Shown here piece after piece: positions 20,947 through 30,060 of a stretch of DNA of 64,000 bases. Numbering within the stretch: the first letter of the stretch is position 1; each line of letters starts with the position of its first letter. The notes under the pieces were generated by a model. That model searched no databases. It saw only the letters and a program-made list of their open reading frames with translations, and had not been told where the DNA came from. This DNA is from a virus (Duplodnaviria; Heunggongvirae; Uroviricota; Caudoviricetes). The translations under genes were made by a program, and so were the position numbers. Where the stretch lies: positions 33,090 to 97,089 of IMG/VR virus record IMGVR_UViG_3300028534_000003, one strand, 5' to 3'.

Positions 20947-22640
20947 TAGAATCTCCTAATTTGAGATATAATTGTGTTTTCAAGCCGGACTGGATCCATA
21001 GGGTGGGTCCAATAATTGTTTATGTCGTGAATAAGATCAATAATGTTATCATTGTCCATACCAAGTTCATGAGCTCTATGAGCTGCCCAGATTAGTTTAC
21101 GAGAACCCTCACCATGCTCAGCATTGTAGGCTGGGCTAAATGTACCCATAGGATCAGATAGTAGTGCAGCTGCCTCAGCTTTGGTTGGTGGTTTAGTTGG
21201 CTTAGGCTTACTGGCTACTGCAGACTCAGCCATTAGAATATGGTCTTTAACATCTAGAGGTGATTGATCAGTTACAGAGTAAACAGGTCTACCAGCATAC
21301 GAGAAATAAATTTGCGATTGAGGTAAACGATCAGCTTGCAGTTGAAGTGAGTCAGCTATTGATTGGATAAAGTACGGCCATGCTTCAGGTGATAATGATA
21401 CAATTGAGTCTAGTTCTAGCAATACTCTGAACTTGAAATCATTGTCAGGATCAGATGTAAGAGCTATGTGATGGTTAATGTCTTGGAGGATACTATGACA
21501 TTCAGATGCAGTAATTAATGATGTATCTATGTCGAGTACAATCCAATTAGTTCCACCACGTAGGTTAGCTTTAGAACGCTTACCATCAACAAATTCAAAT
21601 GGTGAATATGCGAAATCACCTTGTAACATTGTTGCAAGATCAGCAAAGGTAGTAGGTGCATAAGTAAAGTTCTGCGAGCACTGTTTGGCACGTACTTCCT
21701 TCGAACCAGATACTGGTAAGAAAGAAATATGTGGTTCAGCTTCACGGATAAGTTCCTCGTAGCAAATTCCATCACCACAAAGCTTGTAAGTGGCATTATT
21801 ATCAAATGAGTTAGATAATTGAACTAATTCAGTTAATTTAGCTTTAGTAACAGGTGCAGTTATATACCCCATCTTCTGTAGTATGTGCAATGATATAGTT
21901 GCTTTACCATCATCAGCTTTAGCACGCATAAATGAACAGAATAGCTCATGCTTGCCTTTTACGAACTCAGACTCAAATAACGCCATATCCTTATCAAGTA
22001 CTTCACAGAAATTAATAGCTTCAACGTAGTCAGATAATTCAATTTGTTCATGCTGATTAAATAATGCTAGTGCACCAGATAGTTTCAATGCTTTCCATTG
22101 TAGGTGAGCTCGAACCAGTGCTGATAATGGATAAGCTTTCGACATTGATTGAGATAATCGTTTGTTGTATGCTTTGTAGATGATGAATAGCTTACGAACA
22201 TCAGCTGATACTGGCAGTGGTTCACCAACTAGTGGTAAATATGCTTCTGTAATTGCTTGAACACCAGAGTTAACTTGGTTACGAACTGCAATTGCTTTGT
22301 CTTCAAGTTCCTCTTCAGCTTCTATCATAGCTGTTACTGACTCATAGTTAGGTTCAGGTAATTCATCAGGTACAAAGCAGAAGAATGACCTACGAGCTAG
22401 CTTAGAGTTGAATTCCTTCTTGAATCGTTGTTTAACTGCATTGTCATAGAGAATTGGTTCCTGTGCTCCCATGAATAGTGCTGATACAGGTAATGATACT
22501 AATGGTTTAAGTTGTTCAGACTTGTCACCAATTAGCTTAACTTCTTTCGAGCCAGTATCATATACTTCAGACATATACTTCATAAGTTCATCGATGTTGC
22601 CAGTGCCAAGCTCTGTCGTGAATTCCGTTATATTCAACAC
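20946..22640 (-). CDS. Putative primase / replication initiation protein (AEP-like?)
   Basis: 564 aa with a WIVLDIDT (hhhDhD-like) motif and an H.H motif downstream. It is translationally coupled to the Dda-like helicase. Weak call. Confidence 0.3.
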   Translation of the reverse strand: MLNITEFTTELGTGNIDELMKYMSEVYDTGSKEVKLIGDKSEQLKPLVSLPVSALFMGAQEPILYDNAVKQRFKKEFNSKLARRSFFCFVPDELPEPNYESVTAMIEAEEELEDKAIAVRNQVNSGVQAITEAYLPLVGEPLPVSADVRKLFIIYKAYNKRLSQSMSKAYPLSALVRAHLQWKALKLSGALALFNQHEQIELSDYVEAINFCEVLDKDMALFESEFVKGKHELFCSFMRAKADDGKATISLHILQKMGYITAPVTKAKLTELVQLSNSFDNNATYKLCGDGICYEELIREAEPHISFLPVSGSKEVRAKQCSQNFTYAPTTFADLATMLQGDFAYSPFEFVDGKRSKANLRGGTNWIVLDIDTSLITASECHSILQDINHHIALTSDPDNDFKFRVLLELDSIVSLSPEAWPYFIQSIADSLQLQADRLPQSQIYFSYAGRPVYSVTDQSPLDVKDHILMAESAVASKPKPTKPPTKAEAAALLSDPMGTFSPAYNAEHGEGSRKLIWAAHRAHELGMDNDNIIDLIHDINNYWTHPMDPVRLENTIISQIRRF

Positions 22641-22782
22641 ACGTCGTTAATGTGTGCCCGTCAGTTAATGACTGCTGTATATTTCTATACAGACTAGACT
22701 ATATCTTTATCGCTTTGCAATTTAAGCATTGTTTTATTAAAATTATGGTACTATATAAATATATTATGCTAAAGGATAATAA

Positions 22783-23604
22783 ATGGAAGAAATATGGGTA
22801 CCAATTAAAGGTAGAGAAGAGTACTATGAAGTATCAAACCTAGGTAGAGTTAGGACATTATTTGGTAGAGTAAACAAATTAAATGAACCAAAAATAATGA
22901 TAGGTAGAGCATATACTGCTAGTCAAACTAAATATAATCAAGTTAAGTTAAGTAATGGTGGAAAACCAGAGTACTCCTTAGTACATCGATTAGTAGCTGA
23001 AGCTTTCATACCAAATCCAGAAAATAAACCATTTGTTAATCATATAGATAATAATGGATTAAATAATAATCATACTAATTTAGAATGGTGCACACAGTCA
23101 GAAAACCTAAAGCATGCTCAAAAGCAAGGTAGGTTGTTTGAAGCCCAATCTAAAGGCGGTAAAGCTCAACGAGATTTAGTAAGAACTAACGCTAAAGAAA
23201 TAGCTAGTAATCTGGTTGGCACACAGTATTATAAATGGACTGTTACTAATTATTTAGGGATAAAGCACCATAACAGAGAATACATAGAATGTACATGTGA
23301 GTGTGGTGCTAAAGTTGATATGTATTATATAACTATTATTAACGGTAAAGCTAGTCATAGTTGTAAGCAATGCGCTAAAACAGATGCTAAGGATAAATAC
23401 ATCAAAGAAATACTTAATGATATAAAAGATACTTCAGTAAATAATTGGGTATTTACAGGCAATGCTGTAGGCTATAATAAAAATTTAACAACTACAAAAC
23501 AATTAAAGTTAGAGGCTGTATGTAGTTGTTGTGGTAATGTTGACAGTCTTCCGTATGCCAAATTACCTAAAGTAAAACAATGTTTAAATTGCAAAGTACG
23601 ATAA
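22783..23604 (+). CDS. Free-standing HNH homing endonuclease (NUMOD4 + HNH_3 type)
   Basis: N-terminal WVPIKGREEYYEVSNLGRVRT (NUMOD4), then VHRLVAEAFIPNPENKPFVNHIDNNGLNNNHTNLEW (HNH_3). It is the lone + strand gene inside the minus-strand block. Confidence 0.7.
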   Translation: MEEIWVPIKGREEYYEVSNLGRVRTLFGRVNKLNEPKIMIGRAYTASQTKYNQVKLSNGGKPEYSLVHRLVAEAFIPNPENKPFVNHIDNNGLNNNHTNLEWCTQSENLKHAQKQGRLFEAQSKGGKAQRDLVRTNAKEIASNLVGTQYYKWTVTNYLGIKHHNREYIECTCECGAKVDMYYITIINGKASHSCKQCAKTDAKDKYIKEILNDIKDTSVNNWVFTGNAVGYNKNLTTTKQLKLEAVCSCCGNVDSLPYAKLPKVKQCLNCKVR

Positions 23605-23908
23605 CTCCCGTTTCGGATCACTTGATCCTACGTGCTATGCACTAGTCGTTGAACGTTACACATACTGCCGTTGCAGGTTAGTGTCTTCGCTGCTGATTGT
23701 CCGTTAGTGATATAGACTTCACTTTATAAGTATTTCTACTTATATTAGCGCTATATCCTCTTGGGAGTTCCCAGCAATTAGAGAGTTACAAAGTCGTATA
23801 TTACTATACGACAGGGCTAGTAATATATACATCATAATAATTATTTAATATGCTATCATTTGTTTATTTTCATCACATATTAAATAAATATTACTAGGTA
23901 TATACATA

Positions 23909-24424
23909 TTAACCCGAGTAGACAAAACCACCACCGATTCCTGAAGCTTCAAGAGCATTAAAGTGCTTATGTAGGCCCTTGATTGATGAGTCAGGTGCAG
24001 CGAATAGTTCATCAGGTTCGACGTAGTATTTGCTATAGTTTTCGTGCAAGTAAGGTTGATCACAACCATCAAGTGAAGCTAGTTTGACTGCTTGTTGTAC
24101 AGCTATTTCTAGTCGCTTTTCATTGATGAGTTGATATCCAGCAGAGAAGCACTTACGAGCATAGTTTACACCAGAGTCCTTGCCGATACCAGAACCAGCA
24201 ATTACAAATGAGATTGAATTAACTGGAATAGATCCACCATCCCAATGAGCTATGTTTCTACGAAGATGAGATGCATAAAGCATGATTTCGGATACAGCTA
24301 TTGTTTGTTTGAATCGAAGTGGTACATTGATTGGAATAGAATCAACTATACGATTTATTATTGGTGGCAGGTTATTAGTTAGAGCACCTGCTTGCTCAAG
24401 AGTTGCTTTTAATTCAGGTAGCAT
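23909..24424 (-). CDS. Hypothetical protein downstream of the DNA polymerase
   Basis: 171-aa ORF with no recognisable motif. Confidence 0.4.
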   Translation of the reverse strand: MLPELKATLEQAGALTNNLPPIINRIVDSIPINVPLRFKQTIAVSEIMLYASHLRRNIAHWDGGSIPVNSISFVIAGSGIGKDSGVNYARKCFSAGYQLINEKRLEIAVQQAVKLASLDGCDQPYLHENYSKYYVEPDELFAAPDSSIKGLHKHFNALEASGIGGGFVYSG

Positions 24425-24436
24425 AGTCCTCCTTTG

Positions 24437-24871
24437 TTAGTGTGTTTCAGACCAATTAAGGCCTATAGAATAGTCAGCTTCAATTGGAATATTCATATTA
24501 AATTGCTCAGTTACTAGTGAACAACCATTTACAATGTGCCGTCCAAGTGTACCAGCTAAGTCAGGTTTTACAGCACACTGATACTCATCATGTACAAATA
24601 CCATTTGATACCAATCAATACCTTCAGTAAGAGTTGGAGCTGCTAGATTGTGGAAGTTAATTGCCCATTGCTTAGCTATTATTCCGGCTGATCCCTGTAG
24701 TAGTAAGTTAAGGGCTGAGTGAGGCGATTTAGAGATTAATTCACGCCCATCAATAGCTGTAACTGTCCCTTTTGTTTTAGATTGAGTTGAACAATCAGCT
24801 ATTAATTCGTTAATACCATCCATACGAGCTAAGAAGTTATCAGCTACTTGCTTACCATAGATGGTTTCCAT
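24437..24871 (-). CDS. DNA polymerase (family A), 3' exon / C-terminal segment
   Basis: The translation begins (M)ETIYGKQ, which completes motif B (FG..YG). It contains LLQGSAGIIAKQW and motif C VFVHDEYQ. Confidence 0.7.
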   Translation of the reverse strand: METIYGKQVADNFLARMDGINELIADCSTQSKTKGTVTAIDGRELISKSPHSALNLLLQGSAGIIAKQWAINFHNLAAPTLTEGIDWYQMVFVHDEYQCAVKPDLAGTLGRHIVNGCSLVTEQFNMNIPIEADYSIGLNWSETH

Positions 24872-26221
24872 AATTAGACGCTCAGTTGGTTTAACGAATT
24901 CATCCTTACGAAGTGGGAATAAGCCAGCTTCGTTAAGTCTACGATTGATTGATTTAACTGCAATGTCGTAATCCTGTTGTGTAAATTCTAATGTTGTTAT
25001 TGAATTAGATGCCTCATACCCGTATGATGACGATCCAGTTGTACTTGTTGTTGTGTTAGTCCATACTATTATTGAGCCATCACTTAAAACATGGCCTCGT
25101 ATTGTATGGCCTTGCCCATATAAATCATTGTCTTCAGTAATGGTCGCAACACCATTACCCGTTCTCTTATGAACTGCTATATATTTCTATACAGATGAGA
25201 CTATATCATCACCCTCAGCATTATCTGTTAGGGGCAAACCGCTTCCATCACCATTAGCTTGTGATGTACTCCCTTCCGGGATAGTCGTTACACTTTCTCT
25301 ATTTAAAAATTTATCATTATATACACGCTTTACAGCGTATGGTACTCGTTTAATTATGGCTTTAGCCACAGCTTTTGTTATACCATACTTGTCTACTATA
25401 TTATGTACTTTATAATCATTATCATAGTAATCTATTAAAATACTTAGTATAGTATCATCAGGTACTGAATACTTACGTGATTTTCTTGTAATATGCTCAT
25501 CACTATTACTAAATGAATAGTGAGGTTTATTTAGGTAGTCAATAGCTTTTTGTAGTGTCTCTACAGAATCTTTTAATTGACCTAAGGCTGTGTTACATGT
25601 ATGACAAAGTAATCCTCTAACATCCCCTGAAGTATGACAATGGTCAATTACTAGTGGCATTGTTAGAGATTTAGCAGAGTTTGTCATATATCCTGTATAT
25701 CCACATATACTACATTTACCATCTTGTTCAATATACATATCTATATAGTCATCTAGTGACATATTATAATTACGTTGAAGCCAAGCATTAGCTAGGCCTT
25801 TACTAGCGCATTTATCTGAACAATAGTGTTCAGATGGTGCTTTTGGTGTAAATGTATTATTACATATTCTACATGCCTTATCTTTAAAGTACCCTTGTGG
25901 ATACTTAGAAGCAGAGGCTGTTTGATCTTTCTTAATTCTTAAATGCTTACCTGTACTAGGTAAAGGTACTTCATGTCTTTCCATAATATTATTCCTTAAT
26001 AGTTTTATGGAGTGTAACATGTAATTTATTAAATAGAGCTTAGCTCGGGATTGTCTTTAACTTAATAATAAGATGTCCCCCGAATTCAATTTGTTTACTT
26101 ATACACTATTTCTAGTGTAACCGGTCATTTATACATTAATACACTTAGTACACTTACTACTATCATTTGTCTATTCTCATCATAGTAATTGTATTAGTAT
26201 ATTGGAACAATGTAATGTTCA
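24869..26221 (-). mobile_element. Putative group I intron interrupting the DNA polymerase gene, carrying a homing endonuclease ORF
   Basis: The polymerase reading frame stops (TGA) straight after FFFG and resumes with ETIYG 1.35 kb downstream. The upstream exon ends in U and the insert ends in G. The insert has GC-richer structured flanks around an HNH ORF. Confidence 0.5.
25187..26020 (-). CDS. Intron-encoded HNH endonuclease of the Endonuclease VII (T4 gp49-like) type
   Basis: LVIDHCHTSGDVRGLLCHTCNTALG signature plus Zn-finger-like CRICN..C..C at the N-terminus. Confidence 0.65.
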   Translation of the reverse strand: MLHSIKLLRNNIMERHEVPLPSTGKHLRIKKDQTASASKYPQGYFKDKACRICNNTFTPKAPSEHYCSDKCASKGLANAWLQRNYNMSLDDYIDMYIEQDGKCSICGYTGYMTNSAKSLTMPLVIDHCHTSGDVRGLLCHTCNTALGQLKDSVETLQKAIDYLNKPHYSFSNSDEHITRKSRKYSVPDDTILSILIDYYDNDYKVHNIVDKYGITKAVAKAIIKRVPYAVKRVYNDKFLNRESVTTIPEGSTSQANGDGSGLPLTDNAEGDDIVSSV

Positions 26222-27721
26222 ACCGAAAAAGAATTTTTTACTCAAAGCTCTGGCTGCTTTCATTTCTGGTGTGGCTGTATGCTCATCCCAATCACAATCA
26301 TTTTTAGTCCAGAATCCAGCTACTTTTGCATGATACCAATGCATATCTTTAGATAATACAGCTTCAGCATACTTACCATTGTCATATGGGTATAAGTAGT
26401 GAGCTAATACACGTATTTCAATATTTTTAAGATCTGCTCCAAGTAATACAAAATCAGGTGGTGCAGTGAATAATGCCCTATACTTAGGGTCAGCATCAAT
26501 TTGGGCAAGATTAGGCTTTGTATGAGTTGCACGATGTGTTATTGCTCCTATTGTGTCACACTTGCCATGGATTGAATGCGTAATTGGGTTAAATCTAGCT
26601 ATCCAACTATTATCAGTTGTTGATAAGGATGATAGGGATTTCTTTACTTTCATAAGCTTAATAAGATCCTCACCATAGGATCCAAGACGCTTGAGGTCAT
26701 CTCTATCAACCTTAACATTACCTTTAGCTGTATACGTGTTGAACTCAAAATCATATAATGCTTTAAGCCATAGTTTAATTTGATTATCAGTGCCAGTAAA
26801 TTTAGTGAGTTTAATATTCTGGAATTCACCATTTTTCTCAACAAAGATTAGTCTGTGAGGTACTGAGAACCACTGGTACTTAGACTTTGCTGGTAGTTTC
26901 AGTTTGCCAGATTTAAATCGTTTTAATGGTCTAGTATATTGATGAACTGGATCCCACTTGATAAATGATGGATCAGGTATATACTGCCTGCGTCGGATTA
27001 GTTTGTTGGTTTTCTGTGGCTTCCCATCAGGCAAGAATCGAGGTTTGAATGTTTTAGATAATTTGAATTCAAGCTTCTGTCGTTCAAATAATAATGATGT
27101 ATTAAGTTTACGAGCTGCTTCTATGTCGAAATAGAATCCATAACGCTCCTGATCACCTATGATAGCTGCTATTGAATTCTCAAGTTCAATTACATTAGTT
27201 GCTGGAAAGCTAGGCATCGATTCAAGCTTGGTTAGTAATGCATAGGTTACTTCAACATCCTGCTTACAATAGTCAACCATTTCAGTAGTTAACTTAGACC
27301 AGTCATCGTATGAGCCCTTGTAAAGGCCAAGACGACGTCCAAATGCATCCAATGAGTATGAACCATACAATGCAGATGGAAAGTCTTCTATACCCATATC
27401 CATGCCAATAAGGTGCTCTTTAGGAAACATAATCTTAGCAAGTAACATAGTGTCGAGATGACTAGTGTTAAAGTTAAGATTGAAATAGGTTGATAAGTAT
27501 GGGATGTCGAATTTCATACCATTGTGGTGAACTAATTGGTCACAGTTAGATATGGTTCGAATGAATGCTTTTAGGCTACCATCAGAGTTAGGTAACCAAT
27601 GCGAGGTGAAGCACTGAGTTGGTTGTGGTTCACCATCGATCTCAAGCTTACATCCGATACAATGGATAATGCCATTGATATCAAATCCGTTGGTTTCAAT
27701 GTCAATTATTGCTCTCGTCAT
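26219..27721 (-). CDS. DNA polymerase (family A), 5' exon: 3'-5' exonuclease plus N-terminal polymerase domain
   Basis: Exo I (IIDIETNG), polymerase motif A region, and the translation ends ...RALSKKFFFG (the first half of motif B) immediately before the stop. Confidence 0.75.
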   Translation of the reverse strand: MTRAIIDIETNGFDINGIIHCIGCKLEIDGEPQPTQCFTSHWLPNSDGSLKAFIRTISNCDQLVHHNGMKFDIPYLSTYFNLNFNTSHLDTMLLAKIMFPKEHLIGMDMGIEDFPSALYGSYSLDAFGRRLGLYKGSYDDWSKLTTEMVDYCKQDVEVTYALLTKLESMPSFPATNVIELENSIAAIIGDQERYGFYFDIEAARKLNTSLLFERQKLEFKLSKTFKPRFLPDGKPQKTNKLIRRRQYIPDPSFIKWDPVHQYTRPLKRFKSGKLKLPAKSKYQWFSVPHRLIFVEKNGEFQNIKLTKFTGTDNQIKLWLKALYDFEFNTYTAKGNVKVDRDDLKRLGSYGEDLIKLMKVKKSLSSLSTTDNSWIARFNPITHSIHGKCDTIGAITHRATHTKPNLAQIDADPKYRALFTAPPDFVLLGADLKNIEIRVLAHYLYPYDNGKYAEAVLSKDMHWYHAKVAGFWTKNDCDWDEHTATPEMKAARALSKKFFFG

Positions 27722-28256
27722 GTTGCTCCTTTGTCAAGTACCAATGTTTGATTAGAAATGCTTCAGCAATACCATCCTCAGTAGACTTGAATTGGCGAGA
27801 TAATAGCGATGAAGCTAAGTCAAGTGATAATTGCTTGTCTTTGGACAGGTTGAGGTCAGACTTCCACTTATGAGGTGCTACAGTGATGGTTTGCAATTGA
27901 AGTAGTTCAGCTATTGCTAATAGCTTGCCATAGTTACGATTAGTAGTTGCTGTAGTACGAGCTGAATTACCACGAGAAATACCAGGTGTTTCAATAATGA
28001 GATGAGTGTGATTAGTTAGTAACTGATGGATTGCTATTGTATCAAGCTCACGATGAGTTTTCGCTGGTGTGTGTAGCTTGTACTTAGGTTGGCCTTTGTT
28101 AGGCCCAGACTTATAATACTGCTTCTTGCCATTGAGTAGTGCTAATGTATAACGGGCTGGTTTATCTACTACCGTTGTAGTTGGCATCGGATGAAGTGAA
28201 TTATCACTTAGACAAATACCACCACTAAGTCCAGGATCAATAGCTGCTACTGTCAT
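27702..28256 (-). CDS. RuvC-like Holliday junction resolvase
   Basis: N-terminal AIDPGLSGGI (RuvC GIDPG motif). Length is 184 aa. Confidence 0.5.
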   Translation of the reverse strand: MTVAAIDPGLSGGICLSDNSLHPMPTTTVVDKPARYTLALLNGKKQYYKSGPNKGQPKYKLHTPAKTHRELDTIAIHQLLTNHTHLIIETPGISRGNSARTTATTNRNYGKLLAIAELLQLQTITVAPHKWKSDLNLSKDKQLSLDLASSLLSRQFKSTEDGIAEAFLIKHWYLTKEQHDESNN

Positions 28257-28474
28257 GGTGACTCCGATGATAATTCATCAAGCAATAGTTGATTATGTTT
28301 GATGGCTTTATGGATGGCATGAATACGAACATCATCACGAGTTTGGTATGGTACTTCAATTAGAGTTGCTATTAACTGCTTAGCACTAGTTATCTTAAAT
28401 TCAAGTGCTGATTGATAAGATAAATTGGTTAATTGAGCTGGTTGAATTGAGTAAAGGTATGTAGTTGTTTTCAT
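28253..28474 (-). CDS. Hypothetical protein
   Basis: 73-aa ORF. Confidence 0.3.
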   Translation of the reverse strand: MKTTTYLYSIQPAQLTNLSYQSALEFKITSAKQLIATLIEVPYQTRDDVRIHAIHKAIKHNQLLLDELSSESP

Positions 28475-30060
28475 TGTGTTAACGCTCTATGCCAAGTAAT
28501 TAATTGATCCCTATCAGCTTTAAATAGTGTTTCTGATGTTGCTCCAAAGCCAGATAACTCAGTAATTAGATCATTAGTAGAATAAGATGAGTAATCAGAG
28601 TTATCAGAATTATTAGTAGAATTATCAGGTTCAAGACCAGGATGATCCAATTCAGATTGAAGGTAGCTGATGAACTCATCATACTCATAAATTAGTTCAA
28701 CTTTATTCATTTGTTTAAGTGCTTTAATGGTTGATTGTACTAGTGATTCATCTTCAAACTCCTCTTCAGTAAGTTTAATTAATATCTCACGAAGTTTATC
28801 CTCTGACATATGCATCAGCTCAATATTAGATAGATTAGTATAGTCAATATCTTCATCGGCTTTAGTTAGACTTAATAACTCAGCCTGCAGTGCTTTATAT
28901 GTTGCAATTAATTGTGGCTTAGGAAGAACTTTAGTGTAGTGTGGCTTACGACCAAAATAGATTAAAGCTAGTTTGGCAATTAATTTCTCAATATCAGTTG
29001 CAGATAGTTTATCTAATTGCTTGTCATTTTTAAATCGTATTTTGGCTACATCAGCTGCGTTAATAGTATTATTAGTACGATCGGTAGTTGGAAACATATT
29101 AGCTATAGCTAACGGTTTAGCTTGTTTAGTTAAATATGGTTGGCTACTACCATAATATGTGTATGTTGGTTTTGATTTACTAGATACATTATCAGGCTGA
29201 ACTAAATCACAATTAGGTACAAAATTAGTCTCATCCCATAATTTATGAATTGATTTAAGTAAGTTGTTGAATTCAAGATTATCAGTTGTATGGTAGTGAG
29301 TTGTCTTAGGAGTGATGCCAAATAATAGTTCAGACTCAGATACAGCTGTTACAGGTGATTTAATAAGTGCTGCACATCTGCCTTTATAGTAAGTTATGTC
29401 AGCATCTTCTTTGCCATTAGCAATACGATATTCATAATGAGCTATCATATTACGAGTACCATTGTGGGCCATGATTCCAGAGAATGACGGTTTCATATCA
29501 CCAGAGCTAAGTGGAAATACAATACCAAGATCAGAGTTGGCATTGGTGTTAAGATCAGTGCTAGAGAATGACTGGTTAGTGGGTGAGCCAGGATGCTTAT
29601 GTAATGTACAGTAATCAACTGATAATATCTCAGATGAATGGTTAGGAAATAATTGCTTGATGCTGTCGAATAATGGTAATGGTAATAATGAGTTAGCCAT
29701 AGCGTTATGTAGTGGAACTAACTCAGTTGAGATTTCCTCAACATCAGTTAATTCAAAGTCAATATGCGCTGAAGTTACTTGCTGTCTATAGTTAAAAAAT
29801 ACAGTAGGTACACAAATATCAATAATTGATTTATCAGCTGCTGTTAGTCGAAGTACTAATGAATGGTAATGCACTTGGTATTCGTTATTGTTAGCTAGTG
29901 GACCAGATCCCTTTCTAATTGATTGAAGAGTTTGATCAGCTAGTAGAATGATCCCAATATTGGCTGGATTAGTTTTCTTGTGGATCTTCTGCTTCGGTGT
30001 CGGAGTTGTCACCATCATTGTTGTCTGTTTCTGTTGTTGTTGTATTGGTTTTTTCATCAC
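28471..30060 (-). CDS. Hypothetical protein (529 aa) in the E1-like cluster
   Basis: Long ORF containing HYH..D and HKHPGS (weak JAB-like H.H motifs with non-canonical spacing). Confidence 0.45.
   Translation of the reverse strand: MMKKPIQQQQKQTTMMVTTPTPKQKIHKKTNPANIGIILLADQTLQSIRKGSGPLANNNEYQVHYHSLVLRLTAADKSIIDICVPTVFFNYRQQVTSAHIDFELTDVEEISTELVPLHNAMANSLLPLPLFDSIKQLFPNHSSEILSVDYCTLHKHPGSPTNQSFSSTDLNTNANSDLGIVFPLSSGDMKPSFSGIMAHNGTRNMIAHYEYRIANGKEDADITYYKGRCAALIKSPVTAVSESELLFGITPKTTHYHTTDNLEFNNLLKSIHKLWDETNFVPNCDLVQPDNVSSKSKPTYTYYGSSQPYLTKQAKPLAIANMFPTTDRTNNTINAADVAKIRFKNDKQLDKLSATDIEKLIAKLALIYFGRKPHYTKVLPKPQLIATYKALQAELLSLTKADEDIDYTNLSNIELMHMSEDKLREILIKLTEEEFEDESLVQSTIKALKQMNKVELIYEYDEFISYLQSELDHPGLEPDNSTNNSDNSDYSSYSTNDLITELSGFGATSETLFKADRDQLITWHRALTQ

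Noticed and set aside
20946-24424. Possibility that 23909..24424 and 20946..22640 are two exons of one gene interrupted by an intron that hosts the reverse-oriented HNH gene
   Set aside because: An in-frame TAA lies two codons upstream of the GTG start of the 564-aa ORF. No catalytic motif is split across the junction. The HNH gene has its own promoter-like repeat. A free-standing homing endonuclease is the simpler reading.
28471-30060. JAB/MPN deubiquitinase assignment for the 529-aa protein
   Set aside because: The H-x-H motifs (HYHS, HKHPGS) do not have the canonical HxHx7Sx2D spacing, and no upstream Glu could be placed. It is mentioned only as a weak hint.
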